In this document: one piece after another, positions 1 to 10,211 of the stretch
Position numbering within the stretch: position 1 is the first letter of the stretch
Layout: the number at the start of each line of letters is the position of its first letter
Virus record (IMG/VR): IMGVR_UViG_3300015207_000448
Source of the DNA: a virus
Lineage: Duplodnaviria; Heunggongvirae; Uroviricota; Caudoviricetes
DNA length: 64,000 nucleotides
Direction: 5' to 3' (one strand)
Notes under the pieces: model-generated
Seen by the model: only the letters and a program-made list of their open reading frames with translations
Database searches by the model: none
What the model was told of the DNA's origin: nothing
Translations under genes and position numbers: made by a program

Positions 1-566
1 CCAAACTTCACGTCCTCAGCTTCTACAAGAAGAGAATAGCCAAAAATCGGTTTAATTCCCGCTGCATCGCACTCTTTTTGGAAACTGAAACAGGCTGCCA
101 TAGTGTTGTAATCACACACCCCAAGTGCCGAGTGTCCAAGATATTTGGCCTTACGCACCCATTCATCCGGCATGAAACTGCCGTTCAAAAGTTCAAATGG
201 TGTATGCACTCCCAAATTGACAAACTCGATATTATGCTGAAGGGGTACTCTATGGCCTACATATTTGAGTATGTTGAGTTTGAACTCTCGTTTTACATTG
301 TGATAATAGAAATTGTCACCAAACTTGAACACGATATATTCAATACCGTCATTCAGTAATTCTTCAGGGCGAACCAGACTGTTGAAGATTAGGTTGCCAT
401 CTTGATCCTTGCGAAAGATTGAATTGTAGGAAGAGCGTTGGGTGTCTTGGAAGTATGCCTTGCCAAATTCCGGTATGTCAATCACATCGGAATCCACCAC
501 AGAATACTGGATTTTGTTGACCTTCAGCCAATCGTACAACTCTTCTATGCGATTAGATTTTGCCAT
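1..566 (-). CDS. dnaE: DNA polymerase III alpha (DnaE, family C), 5' part with PHP domain; runs off the window edge
   Basis: Hand translation from ATG 566 (overlaps primase stop): MAKSNRIEELYDW...FVNLGVHTPFELLNGS...WVRKAKYLGHSALGVCDYNTMAACFSFQKECDAAGIKPIFGYSL, matching the DnaE PHP pattern FVHLHVHS-LLDG-ALAITDH-GIKPIIG. Confidence 0.82.
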   Translation of the reverse strand, partial: MAKSNRIEELYDWLKVNKIQYSVVDSDVIDIPEFGKAYFQDTQRSSYNSIFRKDQDGNLIFNSLVRPEELLNDGIEYIVFKFGDNFYYHNVKREFKLNILKYVGHRVPLQHNIEFVNLGVHTPFELLNGSFMPDEWVRKAKYLGHSALGVCDYNTMAACFSFQKECDAAGIKPIFGYSLLVEAEDVKF

Positions 567-1596
567 CGACGTTGCTCAGTTTATATTCGATTGGGGTGTA
601 GAGTGATTCTGCAAAGGTGTCGTAGATGTCCCAGAACTCGGCTTCGTCCCAGTCCTTACCTTCTCCTACGAGTTTGGCAATCATTACATTGTCAAAGTAC
701 TCGTTCAATTTATCTGCTGCCACGTTGATGGCATCTGATGCGTCGGTGTCGTAACCGATGATTATATCTTTTACGCCCTTGTTTTGCAATTTGAAAATCT
801 GGGCGTCGCTTATTTTCTTTCCGAATGTGCATACTGGAACAATGCGGTGATTATCGTAAAGGTCCAGTTTGCGAGTCAAGGCAATAACATCAAAAACGCC
901 TTCTACAAGAATGACCGTATCCGTCTCGTCCTCTATTACTGCGTCATAATTATAGAGTAGCTTAACAAAGTCATTCTCAATGCTGTTGTTATATCGACGG
1001 ATTTGGTACTTGCCATTACGTTTAGCAGTATCATTGTATGCGTCAATATCATCTTTGCTCCATGTGTGACGCGATACATACCCGACAATATCGCCAGCAT
1101 CATAAATTGGGAATATCACATAGTCATCAAATTTGAAATTGAGACCACGGGTTGTGCCGACCGGGAAATATTGATAGTCGTCTGTTGTAAATCCGCGAGA
1201 CTTTAAGTATGGGTTCTTAAAGCAGCGCTTCCATGATTCCGGCATTGGTATCACATTAAGATCGTCATCGATTTCATCTTCCTCAATGCCAAAAAACTCT
1301 GGAACCTCAACAGGTGTGAATTTGATGGAGTCGGTAATCTGAAGATCAGAACGGCCAATCTCAGCTACAAACTTATTTATATCTTTGCAGGTACGGCCAC
1401 AAGAAAAACAGTGAGCCATACCAAAGGTCTTGCCATTTTTCTCCGGGCCCACATAGATACCCAGCTTACCGCCTTGCTTACCACACCACACACATTCTGG
1501 TACGATAAGATTTTTGCGACCACCGTCCAATCTGGCGTGAAGCTCTGATTGGAGTTCACGTATCAGAAAATCCTTTTCTTCTCTACTGATATACAT
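553..1596 (-). CDS. dnaG: DNA primase (Zn finger + TOPRIM)
   Basis: CVWC...CFSC zinc ribbon; VILVEGVFDVIAL and IIGYDTD TOPRIM motifs; next to helicase. Confidence 0.88.
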   Translation of the reverse strand: MYISREEKDFLIRELQSELHARLDGGRKNLIVPECVWCGKQGGKLGIYVGPEKNGKTFGMAHCFSCGRTCKDINKFVAEIGRSDLQITDSIKFTPVEVPEFFGIEEDEIDDDLNVIPMPESWKRCFKNPYLKSRGFTTDDYQYFPVGTTRGLNFKFDDYVIFPIYDAGDIVGYVSRHTWSKDDIDAYNDTAKRNGKYQIRRYNNSIENDFVKLLYNYDAVIEDETDTVILVEGVFDVIALTRKLDLYDNHRIVPVCTFGKKISDAQIFKLQNKGVKDIIIGYDTDASDAINVAADKLNEYFDNVMIAKLVGEGKDWDEAEFWDIYDTFAESLYTPIEYKLSNVDGKI

Positions 1597-1607
1597 AACT
1601 GGAGATT

Positions 1608-2954
1608 TTAGAGGTTTGCGGTGCGTTGCCGGTCAAAGAATCGCTCGTGGTCATAATCTGTAGCAATCTTAAATGTATCGCCTTTGGAGAAGAAGCGACT
1701 CTTGGCTACATGCAGACGCATAGTTTTTTCCCTACGTTCATTGGCTGATTGGTTAAGAGAGATAAGGTGAGTCATGGGCTGAGCCACGCCTTTGGCCTCA
1801 GTTGAATAGTATTCAGTAAGCACATTTTTTTCATCGTTAATCCAATCTGGATTTTCAATTCGTGCCTGGTAAGTTACCACCACCCATACTTCTTCCTCAG
1901 TAGCAATATCTTTTAGGTCATTAGCTACTGCAATACGTTTTAATCGTTCTCCACTGTCTCCATATTTTCGACCTGACGAATCTGTCAGGAGGTCCATTGA
2001 ATCGACGATTACAATATCAGGCTTGATATTATAGTTTTTACGAAACTCAGCAATGCCTTCTTTGATATTGATAGTTGAAACATGCTGATTGAATTTGGGG
2101 TAACTGCGCACAAAGAGCTTTCCAGAAATATCTTCCAGTTCCTGAGCAAAAAGGTCCATATCCCGGTCCTTTATAAATCCTTTTTCATAGCTGTAAGCAT
2201 TGCAGGCTACAAGTGCTGCGGAATAGGCATTTTCAACCTCTTCTCTACTGCCTTCCAGCTGGAAGTGCAACACATTAAAGCCATCAAGACAGCCTTGTGA
2301 GCCAATCCATCTTGCAGCATGACTCTTACCAACTCCGGTCGGGGCCAATATACAGGATAACTGCCCGCGAAGATCTCGGTCTTGATTAAGGTTATCCAGT
2401 TCATCAATATAAAATCTGGTAATGGCGCGGACTGAGCCACGAGAATTATTCTTGGCGCGGTTCTGGATATGACGAGTGGTAAATGTATCAATGACATCGG
2501 TGTAAGTCGATTCCGTCAGCGAGAATGTTCTTACCCAGTCAACATATTTGGTTAACACAGCTTGCGCTCCTTCAAGACCTTCTTTGTTATACACTTCCCC
2601 GGTCTTTTTGTAAGCTTTCTGGAACTCGACTCGTTTAAGATACTCTTCAAGCAATCCTAAGCACTCATCGGTGGCAAATGCTTCTCCATTATCGTAAGCA
2701 TCTCTCCAAAAGCGTAGAGCCCCATTCTTACCGGCAAGTTTTTGCTGAATTATGGAATAGTTAGGTACTCGTCTGTATTCTCTATAATAGTCCTTGAAAG
2801 CCTTTAATACCGCTGCGGTATTTCGGTCTGGCAGGTGTTCTTCTTCCAGATGCTCGCATACCATTGACAAGATGTAACTGTCCTCCACGCATGTGACGAA
2901 CAAGTCTTCAAGAAAGGCTTCTGAAAGAACATTGGTTTTATTGCTTGCTGACAT
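1608..2954 (-). CDS. dnaB: DnaB-like replicative helicase
   Basis: Walker A APTGVGKS, FQLEG, Walker B IVIVDSMDLL, late VAKSR motif. Confidence 0.88.
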   Translation of the reverse strand: MSASNKTNVLSEAFLEDLFVTCVEDSYILSMVCEHLEEEHLPDRNTAAVLKAFKDYYREYRRVPNYSIIQQKLAGKNGALRFWRDAYDNGEAFATDECLGLLEEYLKRVEFQKAYKKTGEVYNKEGLEGAQAVLTKYVDWVRTFSLTESTYTDVIDTFTTRHIQNRAKNNSRGSVRAITRFYIDELDNLNQDRDLRGQLSCILAPTGVGKSHAARWIGSQGCLDGFNVLHFQLEGSREEVENAYSAALVACNAYSYEKGFIKDRDMDLFAQELEDISGKLFVRSYPKFNQHVSTINIKEGIAEFRKNYNIKPDIVIVDSMDLLTDSSGRKYGDSGERLKRIAVANDLKDIATEEEVWVVVTYQARIENPDWINDEKNVLTEYYSTEAKGVAQPMTHLISLNQSANERREKTMRLHVAKSRFFSKGDTFKIATDYDHERFFDRQRTANL

Positions 2955-3528
2955 ATTCTGTTCTTAACCGGAAAATTTCCGGATATTTATTTTGAGTTTC
3001 ACGTTTACATTTATCGATATAATTGCACTGAGCACAAGCCTCTGATAATGGAGACCAACCCAATGTAGAGGTCTGGCAGATTACGAACCCGACATCGCGA
3101 TTCAACAATCTAAGTTTGGTGCCTTCTTCGCTCTGCACAAAAATAAATTTGGCTTTAGGGTGCTCGCTCTTATCGACAATTAAGTCCAAGAGTCCGGCTC
3201 TGCTGAGTTCTGCGGATTTCAACCACTTATCCTCAAAGTACACACGTCCTTTATCCGAATTGTAGCGTTCCAATGATTTGGGGCCAAACACTTGATTGAT
3301 TTTCCAATCAGAACCTCGGTCTTTGAAAGCATGAGAAGAGCAAATCACATAATCGACAATACGAGGAGCTGAGAGTACTCCAAATTTCTTCTCTAATCGT
3401 TCAAGCGCATTGCGCATAATCCTCGTCGGCTCCCCACCTTGGGGGAGCCTATAACTTGGATGTATGAGCTTGGTTGCAATCTCATAGAACATCTTCAGTG
3501 TCTGTTTGACGAGGTATTCGTTGACCAT
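2938..3528 (-). CDS. Hypothetical protein with C-terminal Cys cluster
   Basis: 196-aa ORF overlapping both neighbours in the replication operon. Confidence 0.6.
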   Translation of the reverse strand: MVNEYLVKQTLKMFYEIATKLIHPSYRLPQGGEPTRIMRNALERLEKKFGVLSAPRIVDYVICSSHAFKDRGSDWKINQVFGPKSLERYNSDKGRVYFEDKWLKSAELSRAGLLDLIVDKSEHPKAKFIFVQSEEGTKLRLLNRDVGFVICQTSTLGWSPLSEACAQCNYIDKCKRETQNKYPEIFRLRTEYVSKQ

Positions 3529-4132
3529 CTCTTGTTAGATTATCTTTTAAGTGTTTTCGTGCCAATCTCAATCGGCTCTTTATAGTTTCCATATTTGGAG
3601 TCTTGAGCGATCCTTTGGCGTATTCAATCTCCGCGATCTCCTTTAGAGAATAGCCTGCTTCCTGAAGAATCAAGGCATCTCTGTGACGTGGTTTCAACTC
3701 TTCCAGGACTTCGACTATATCAGGACTGTAGTGCTCTCTCCAATTATCCACTCCCAGGACATTGCCACTGACGTGTTCATCGTCGATAAGCTCATCTTCA
3801 TAATCCTCAATATCGTTGTCAAAATCCTTGTTGTTATGTTGTTGACGCCTTTTGTCACAAGCCCAGACCTGACGTTTCGTACAGATATGAATCCATGTGC
3901 GTATTGGTCTGGAAGGATCGTAAGTTTCTACACGTCTGTAGAAGTTAATCATCACATCGGAATAGTTCTCTTGCACATTATTGGTGTCATTGCTATACTC
4001 TGCTACTAACTTGAAAATCATGTTAGAGAAGGGCAAGATGTACTTGTTGAAGAGTGCTGTCCGTCTGGCGATTACTTCAGGGTCACGCTCAATATCAATT
4101 ACTGGTTCTTCTGAGTGTACTTGCGGTCCCAT
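3482..4132 (-). CDS. Sigma-70/ECF-like sigma factor (candidate late sigma)
   Basis: Region-2-like YDPSRPIRTWIHICTKRQV; region-4 HTH DALILQEAGYSLKEIAEIE...TIKSRLRLARKHLK. Confidence 0.82.
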   Translation of the reverse strand: MGPQVHSEEPVIDIERDPEVIARRTALFNKYILPFSNMIFKLVAEYSNDTNNVQENYSDVMINFYRRVETYDPSRPIRTWIHICTKRQVWACDKRRQQHNNKDFDNDIEDYEDELIDDEHVSGNVLGVDNWREHYSPDIVEVLEELKPRHRDALILQEAGYSLKEIAEIEYAKGSLKTPNMETIKSRLRLARKHLKDNLTRDGQRIPRQTDTEDVL

Positions 4133-4365
4133 TCCAATGACACGTTAGCGTTGAACAACTCTGCTAAACGTGCCCCAAGACCGTGCTGAGTGCAATACAG
4201 ACGCCACTCAGCTTCATGTCTTATGAACTCAGATCGAACAGCCTCATTGGAAGGCTTGGGCTTAGAATCCAGTAATGAGAAAAACTCTTTTAGATGTTTG
4301 TCAAGGACTTTTTTGTGCTTCCTTGCTTCTTTTTTAGAAATGCGATTTTGATTGGCGATTGACAT
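4099..4365 (-). CDS. Hypothetical protein (88 aa, MSIANQNR...)
   Basis: Likely start ATG 4365 just after the ruvC stop; track ORF 4099..4443. Confidence 0.5.
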   Translation of the reverse strand: MSIANQNRISKKEARKHKKVLDKHLKEFFSLLDSKPKPSNEAVRSEFIRHEAEWRLYCTQHGLGARLAELFNANVSLEWDRKYTQKNQ

Positions 4366-4369
4366 TTTC

Positions 4370-4852
4370 TTAAAGATTGAAACGCTTGATGTAACAGAAG
4401 AATATGTGTATTGCATCGGCTTCATTGTCATCGCCGGGCTCAATTTGCCATCGGATCTTACAGTACTTTACCATATCCTCTTTAGAGGCGTGTCCATTTC
4501 CTGTCGCGAATTTTTTCAGGGTCATGGGATTGATAAAGTGTGGCTCCGGGAGGTCAAGCGTATCGCAGACCTCGAATAAGATACCTCGGAACTCAGAGAG
4601 TTTACGGGTGTCTGTAAAATGATTATTCACACTTACATCCTCAGCAACAATTTGTTTAATGCCATTACGTTGGATGAAGTCAATCAATGTATCACGGAAA
4701 GCTTTATGCTGTTTATTGTTGTTCCGGCGCATAGATTCCTTAAAATTCCATGTACCGCGTTCATTGAGGCAGTAAAATCCACAATGAGTAGCAATGTCGA
4801 GGGCTGCAACCTGGCTGCGGTCCAGTTTTTCAGTTGGTGTCTTGGTTTGCAT
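4370..4852 (-). CDS. ruvC: RuvC-like Holliday junction resolvase
   Basis: ALDIAT, IVAED, KKFATGNGHASKEDM, DNEADA motifs. Confidence 0.85.
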   Translation of the reverse strand: MQTKTPTEKLDRSQVAALDIATHCGFYCLNERGTWNFKESMRRNNNKQHKAFRDTLIDFIQRNGIKQIVAEDVSVNNHFTDTRKLSEFRGILFEVCDTLDLPEPHFINPMTLKKFATGNGHASKEDMVKYCKIRWQIEPGDDNEADAIHIFFCYIKRFNL

Positions 4853-7166
4853 AAATATAAGAAACCCCATTTTGTTTCACGATTGTGATTTTGTTGGGGT
4901 AGCCTTCGTTGGTCAAACCATGACTAACCACTAATGAAGTGAGCTGTGTCTTGTTGAGGGCCTTGAAAACACTGGCGAGCCCCTGCTCATCAGCACTGTC
5001 AAGAACCTCATCGGCGATAAGAAGGTCAAGACCTTTCCCATCTTCACAGTTCATATTCGTCAATTGATTCATACTGAGGATGCTTGCAAGCTCAACTCGT
5101 ACCCGTTCTCCCGCTGAGAACTTCTCGAATGAACCACAATCCACTCCATCTCTAAGGAGTGAAACAGATATTTTGTCACGCACTTTGCCAGATTTCAGTA
5201 TGGTATAACCTGACAAAGCTACACGAATATCGCTGCCAATAGTTTCAAGAAATTCATTTGTTATCTGAGCTATGGCGTTGATCTTGGTGTTTGCGAGATA
5301 TGTTTTGAACTCAATGAAAGTCTCTTCCTGAGATTTGAGCTCGTTTAATCGGCCCTCGACCTCATTCTTTTTGTCTTCTGCGCATTGAAGCTCTTGGCGA
5401 TACTCTTCTTGACTCTTTTTAAGAGACTGAAGGATGTCCTCCTCAGAAACTTCTTTAGCATCTTTAATGGCTTTTTCATAAGAAGCGATTGAGCCTTTGA
5501 GGGTTTCAATCTCAGTTTCCAAAGATTTAATTTGACCCTCTCGGCGTTTATACGCTTCATCAATTATTTCAAACACTTCATCAAAAATACGCTTTCTGAT
5601 TCGTGCCACTTTGTTTTGGATTTCAGTCAGATGGCAGTTGGCATCTTCAATGTCTCGTTCACACTGCTGAAAATCTCGGCGAACAGCCTGTATTTTCTTT
5701 TCTGCGTCTTCAATATCCTGTTCAATAGCGCGTTGCTTTTGGTTCAGTTCAGCCTCCAACAAACGCTGCTCTTTACCCTCGGCAACTACCTTGTTATATT
5801 CCGTCTCATTAGATTCAATGTCTTTATCGATTTGAGACAGAATTTTTTGTAGAGACTTCAACGTTTGACGGGTCTCCTGAATGTCAATCTGCGCATTGAG
5901 GACAAATTCATGCTTACATTTGGGGCAAACAATTACTCCGGCTAATTGATTTTCAATGTTAGCGATTTCACGCTTCTTGGATTTTTGTTTGGTTTCCAAT
6001 TCATTCTCGGCATGTTGAAGCTCCTTAACTTCGACCGTTAAATCATTAAGGCGTTTGTCACATTGTTCTATTTGATGAGCAGTGTCTGCCTTCTGAGATT
6101 GGAGGTCTTTAGAGGTAATAGAGTAATCATTCTCTGCTGTTTCAAGAGCCTTGCGCAAAGTTGAGATGCTTTGATTCAATGTGCTTACATTCTCTTTAGC
6201 AGACTGAACTTGAGTTTGAAGAACTGTCATCTCTCTACGATAATCCGTTGTGAGAGCGAGATTATTGGATTTGAAACGCTCTTCAATAGTTGTAAGGGCT
6301 TCAAGCGCATCCACATCTGATTTTTCAATCTTCTGCATATCCTCGTCAAGAACATCCAAGCCGTCTAAGCTGACTTCAATGCCGGTTATATTGTCTTTGG
6401 CAAGACGAATATCGGCGCGTTTAGATGCAATCAGATCTTCCCAGTTTTTAATACGGGATTCATTGTTTAGTCGGCGCTCTTCAGATTCATTGATAGCTTT
6501 CTCAATTTCGGTAGCCATAGCATCAACTCGACCGATGCAGGTCGCTACCTGCTTTTCAGCACCATTAAGTTCCTCTTGAACAGGTGCCATGTCAGATTGA
6601 AGTGCCTCGATTGATTGATCTACCAGCACCCCATTGCTGAAGCGATTGATAATCTCCTTCTTCTCTTTGTCAGAACTGGCAAGAAACGATTTGTACTTAC
6701 GAGCCGTCAGGATGAAATTCGCAAAAATATCATCCTTAGACAAGCCAAGTTGATCAAGAATATACTTGTTATAGTCAGCTACAGTTGCTTGCACAATTTC
6801 TTCTACATCCGTATCGTATGGGCCGGTTTGAAGAAGAACTTGAATAGCCTGAGGCTGCTTGCGAGACAGCTTACGATTGATTGTGAGTTGAGACTCCAAA
6901 GCGTCATTGCTGAGTATAGCACAGATTGCAGCTTCATCCTGGGTGTCGTTGATAATCTCATCTACATTAACTTTGCGGAGCGGTTCTCCGGTCAAAGCGA
7001 TGGCAATGGCTTCTATGAGGGCCGATTTCCCAGAACCATTTGAGTTCTGAGAATCATTATCAAGATTGTTGCCAAATATAAGGGTAGCTTCTCCCTGCTT
7101 GGGAGAATAATCCATCTCAAGAAATGAGCATAAATTCTTTGCTCGTATTGATTTCAGATGCCACAT
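4830..7166 (-). CDS. sbcC: SbcC/Rad50-like SMC ATPase
   Basis: NGSGKS Walker A, long coiled coil with CPKC zinc hook, FSAGE signature, LLIADEVLD Walker B. Confidence 0.9.
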   Translation of the reverse strand: MWHLKSIRAKNLCSFLEMDYSPKQGEATLIFGNNLDNDSQNSNGSGKSALIEAIAIALTGEPLRKVNVDEIINDTQDEAAICAILSNDALESQLTINRKLSRKQPQAIQVLLQTGPYDTDVEEIVQATVADYNKYILDQLGLSKDDIFANFILTARKYKSFLASSDKEKKEIINRFSNGVLVDQSIEALQSDMAPVQEELNGAEKQVATCIGRVDAMATEIEKAINESEERRLNNESRIKNWEDLIASKRADIRLAKDNITGIEVSLDGLDVLDEDMQKIEKSDVDALEALTTIEERFKSNNLALTTDYRREMTVLQTQVQSAKENVSTLNQSISTLRKALETAENDYSITSKDLQSQKADTAHQIEQCDKRLNDLTVEVKELQHAENELETKQKSKKREIANIENQLAGVIVCPKCKHEFVLNAQIDIQETRQTLKSLQKILSQIDKDIESNETEYNKVVAEGKEQRLLEAELNQKQRAIEQDIEDAEKKIQAVRRDFQQCERDIEDANCHLTEIQNKVARIRKRIFDEVFEIIDEAYKRREGQIKSLETEIETLKGSIASYEKAIKDAKEVSEEDILQSLKKSQEEYRQELQCAEDKKNEVEGRLNELKSQEETFIEFKTYLANTKINAIAQITNEFLETIGSDIRVALSGYTILKSGKVRDKISVSLLRDGVDCGSFEKFSAGERVRVELASILSMNQLTNMNCEDGKGLDLLIADEVLDSADEQGLASVFKALNKTQLTSLVVSHGLTNEGYPNKITIVKQNGVSYIYANQDTN

Positions 7167-7168
7167 AC

Positions 7169-8209
7169 TTAATTCAGTTTATCAAGGTACTGAAGACCAA
7201 GCTGATTGTCGATAGATTTTTGGGAACAGAAATTCGTGTACTCTTCCTTAATGCCAGACTTGTCAAACTTCGTGGTGATACTTTTATGGTCCGTACTCAT
7301 CACAATGGTTTGTTCGGTCACAAGCTCAATTTTGTTTGCGCCACATTCTGCCAGTTTGTGTTTATCGACAGTTGATGACTGAGACGATTCACATTTGATG
7401 CGGACTTTGACTTTGTAGCGACTGTCAGCTTTGATTTCTGCCAGACGAGCCATAAAGTCATCGTCCATATCTGCGAGTTCAACATCAATTACCATATAGC
7501 GCTGGTTAACCTCATTCTTTACAAATTCGGTTGAACCATCTGAATAAAGTATGGTGTAGCCCTTCTCACTGTCTTCACCAAAATTGTGCTGACGAGAAGC
7601 GCCAATATATTCAATGTTAGTTCCGGGAATCATCTTGCGATCGTGATAGTGTCCTACCAACACTTTGCTAAATTCGTTGAAGATGTGTGCCGGGAGTTCG
7701 TCATCGCTGGGGGTACTGAGACCTCCGCGTATGCCTTCGTGTATATAGAGTATATGGTTAATGTCCGGCTCCAATCCATCTTTCAAAGCATCTAATCGCT
7801 CAATAAATGAACCGTTTTCCGGATAATAGCTCATAACCCAAAGTGTGAGGTTGTCGCCGTAATCGTAGCCGACAAATTCATCCACAACTTCTACGTTTTC
7901 ATAATCTGAAAACACATGGTTATAGCCCTCTATTTTTTCCTGGTCTGTCTTGTCGTGATTGCCATTGGCAAGAATCACGTTCAAATTATATGTTTTGGTA
8001 GCTTTCAGTATCGCACTTCTCACAGCCATAAGAATGGGTAATGTTTGCGAACTTCTGGAAAGCATCATATCACCACCGACGATTAAGTCTGCGATGTTGT
8101 GTTCTTTACATAACTCTAAAGCCTCATCCCAGTTTTTGTGAAATTCGGCAATATTGTCTTTACTGATATGTATGTCGTTAATCAACAACGCACAAGCCTG
8201 ATTTTTCAT
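7169..8209 (-). CDS. sbcD: SbcD/Mre11-like metallophosphoesterase nuclease
   Basis: DIH, GGD, NGNHD, HEG, GHYH motifs; directly upstream of sbcC. Confidence 0.9.
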   Translation of the reverse strand: MKNQACALLINDIHISKDNIAEFHKNWDEALELCKEHNIADLIVGGDMMLSRSSQTLPILMAVRSAILKATKTYNLNVILANGNHDKTDQEKIEGYNHVFSDYENVEVVDEFVGYDYGDNLTLWVMSYYPENGSFIERLDALKDGLEPDINHILYIHEGIRGGLSTPSDDELPAHIFNEFSKVLVGHYHDRKMIPGTNIEYIGASRQHNFGEDSEKGYTILYSDGSTEFVKNEVNQRYMVIDVELADMDDDFMARLAEIKADSRYKVKVRIKCESSQSSTVDKHKLAECGANKIELVTEQTIVMSTDHKSITTKFDKSGIKEEYTNFCSQKSIDNQLGLQYLDKLN

Positions 8210-8229
8210 ATTTCATTGAAGTTAGAAGG

Positions 8230-8263
8230 AAATGCTCACCCAGACTTAACTGGGTGAACATTT
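8230..8263 (-). terminator. Probable intrinsic terminator after SSB gene
   Basis: aaatg-c-tcacccag / ctgggtga-a-cattt inverted repeat. Confidence 0.5.
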
Positions 8264-8280
8264 CAGGTTAGTGCATTGGG

Positions 8281-9663
8281 TTAACGGCGACGAGGAGCGC
8301 GAGTTGTCCTGCGGCTGCTGCGAGCTGCGGGTTCATTGGTATCGTCACTGCGTTCACGTTCACGGCGGCGAGAAGTAGGTGCCGGTTCGGGCTCGTCTTC
8401 GGGTTCATCAGATGGCATTGCAGGTTCCCCGTCGTCTTCCTCATCGTTTACAGGATTCGGAGTCTGGCTGGGGGCTGGTTCATCGTCGGAGTCGTCTGAT
8501 GGATTGGCGTCGGCGGCGTTAAGTTCATCGTCAATTTCGCGAAGGATGTCCTCGTTGGTCATCTTACGGTTGACTTTGACATTCAGCTTATTGGCATCAA
8601 TATACTCCATGATGGAAGTACGAAGTTCCTGACCTTCTGCGGTCTCGTCATCAAGACCTGCGTTATAGATTGCGTCAAGACGCTTCCACAGAGCATCAAG
8701 GTCGTCGGAATCATCGCCCTTGTTGTCTCCATCTTTGCCTCCAAGAGTGAAATGCGACTGATCATCGGCGGGAAGCAGAGTTTTGATCTGGTCAATACAT
8801 TTCTGAACGGCTTCCTGATTCATTACTTCGATGTCAAATTTCTCATCGAGTTGAGTCAGATATGCGATGGTCGCTTCCAGATGATAGCGTGTATAACGAT
8901 AAATCTGTTCAGGCAGACGGGGCGTGTCGAGAAGTCTCTGAAGAACCTCTTCTTCAAGAACATCATGTCCACCTAAAGTGTCGATGTTGAAACTGTAGCT
9001 GGGCTTGTTGTTCTCGGTTTTGCGGATAATCTCAACCGGATATGCCGAATCGATTGACGAGATGGGACATGGGACATTCTTGCCGTTCTTGTTGAGCTTA
9101 GCCCACAAGCTGAGCTTACGCTCTTCGAGATCCTTGTACTGAGAGTACGAAAGCTGAAGAATCTGGATGCCATCGCCGGGGTTGTCCAAGTCGATGATGT
9201 ACATACAACGGCGAGAGTCCCACTTGAGACCACCGGAGAAACTGCCTTCGCGGAGTTTCTTGCAGAGTTTTTCATCATCAGCATACAGTTCACAAGCAGT
9301 ATTGACATAGGTGTCGATAAGGTCTGCTTCGATTTCCTTGAAAGCGTACTTTGCGTTGCATACTGTGACATAGGTGATGGCGGGCTTACCCTTAACCATC
9401 TTCTTGGGATCCTCAATCTTGAGCATGAGGGAACGAAGCGGGTATTCATAACCTTTGCGCTCCAGCGGGAGGAAATTGCCATCCTTATCCTGAACGGGTG
9501 CCAGGGGAAGGATTCGCATCGGGTAAGTGCCATCTTTGGCAACACGGAAAAATGAGGCGCGTTTGCTGCTCTCTTCGCTGCTTTTTTTCTTTGCGTCTTC
9601 AAATGTTTCTTGGGAAGCCGCAAACACGTTAAACAGAGAACGTGGTTTTTCTTGATCCATCAT
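8281..9663 (-). CDS. Probable single-stranded DNA-binding protein (gp32-like) with low-complexity tail
   Basis: RILPLAP...YSQYKDL-type N-terminal domain, long acidic/Pro tail, position in replication operon. Confidence 0.55.
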   Translation of the reverse strand: MMDQEKPRSLFNVFAASQETFEDAKKKSSEESSKRASFFRVAKDGTYPMRILPLAPVQDKDGNFLPLERKGYEYPLRSLMLKIEDPKKMVKGKPAITYVTVCNAKYAFKEIEADLIDTYVNTACELYADDEKLCKKLREGSFSGGLKWDSRRCMYIIDLDNPGDGIQILQLSYSQYKDLEERKLSLWAKLNKNGKNVPCPISSIDSAYPVEIIRKTENNKPSYSFNIDTLGGHDVLEEEVLQRLLDTPRLPEQIYRYTRYHLEATIAYLTQLDEKFDIEVMNQEAVQKCIDQIKTLLPADDQSHFTLGGKDGDNKGDDSDDLDALWKRLDAIYNAGLDDETAEGQELRTSIMEYIDANKLNVKVNRKMTNEDILREIDDELNAADANPSDDSDDEPAPSQTPNPVNDEEDDGEPAMPSDEPEDEPEPAPTSRRRERERSDDTNEPAARSSRRTTRAPRRR

Positions 9664-9677
9664 GGAAAAGTTTCATT

Positions 9678-10151
9678 TTAGACTTTTCTTAGATAATTCT
9701 TCCAAGTATCAGCGTAGGCTCCTGCATAAAGCTCTTGGGCTTCTGCGGCTTTTAACCGCTCACGGGTTAGCAGGTCAATGCCCCACTCATTCTTGGCATG
9801 ATGGATAATATCATTGATGACAGCATCCATCTCAGCTGCTGGTTCATTCTTGAGGTCAAAGTATTCAAACTCTTTTTCCTCTCCTGGGATTTTACAGCGA
9901 TGTATCGGAGCATAAATCTCTTCAAAATAGCTGTATAGTGCTTCCGGTTCGGGGTTCCCTGGCAACTCTTCGCTTAGGGTCTTTAAGACATACCCGAAAA
10001 GAAACTTCAACTGAGGTAGCGATCGGTTTTTCTTTTTGTCGAATATGAGATAACCATACTCTCCATCCGGCAAAATGTCCACAGCCTCCTTAAATTCGCT
10101 TGTGTCGGCATAACCCTCATGGACCTCGATTATGCCCTTGCTTCTAATCAT
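9678..10151 (-). CDS. Hypothetical protein, possibly NinB-like
   Basis: RSLPQLKFLFGYV resembles the RS..QN...w NinB motif. Confidence 0.4.
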   Translation of the reverse strand: MIRSKGIIEVHEGYADTSEFKEAVDILPDGEYGYLIFDKKKNRSLPQLKFLFGYVLKTLSEELPGNPEPEALYSYFEEIYAPIHRCKIPGEEKEFEYFDLKNEPAAEMDAVINDIIHHAKNEWGIDLLTRERLKAAEAQELYAGAYADTWKNYLRKV

Positions 10152-10180
10152 GTCATTGGTTCTCTTGTTTTGTTTCGATG

Positions 10181-10211
10181 CAAAGTTAAGACTAATTTTC
10201 GACTTAACAAA
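10181..10211 (-). promoter_or_regulatory. Bacteroidota housekeeping promoter TTTG-N19-TAACTTTG
   Basis: Minus strand TTTG (10211-10208), 19-nt spacer, TAACTTTG (10188-10181), 30 nt before ATG 10151. Confidence 0.75.
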
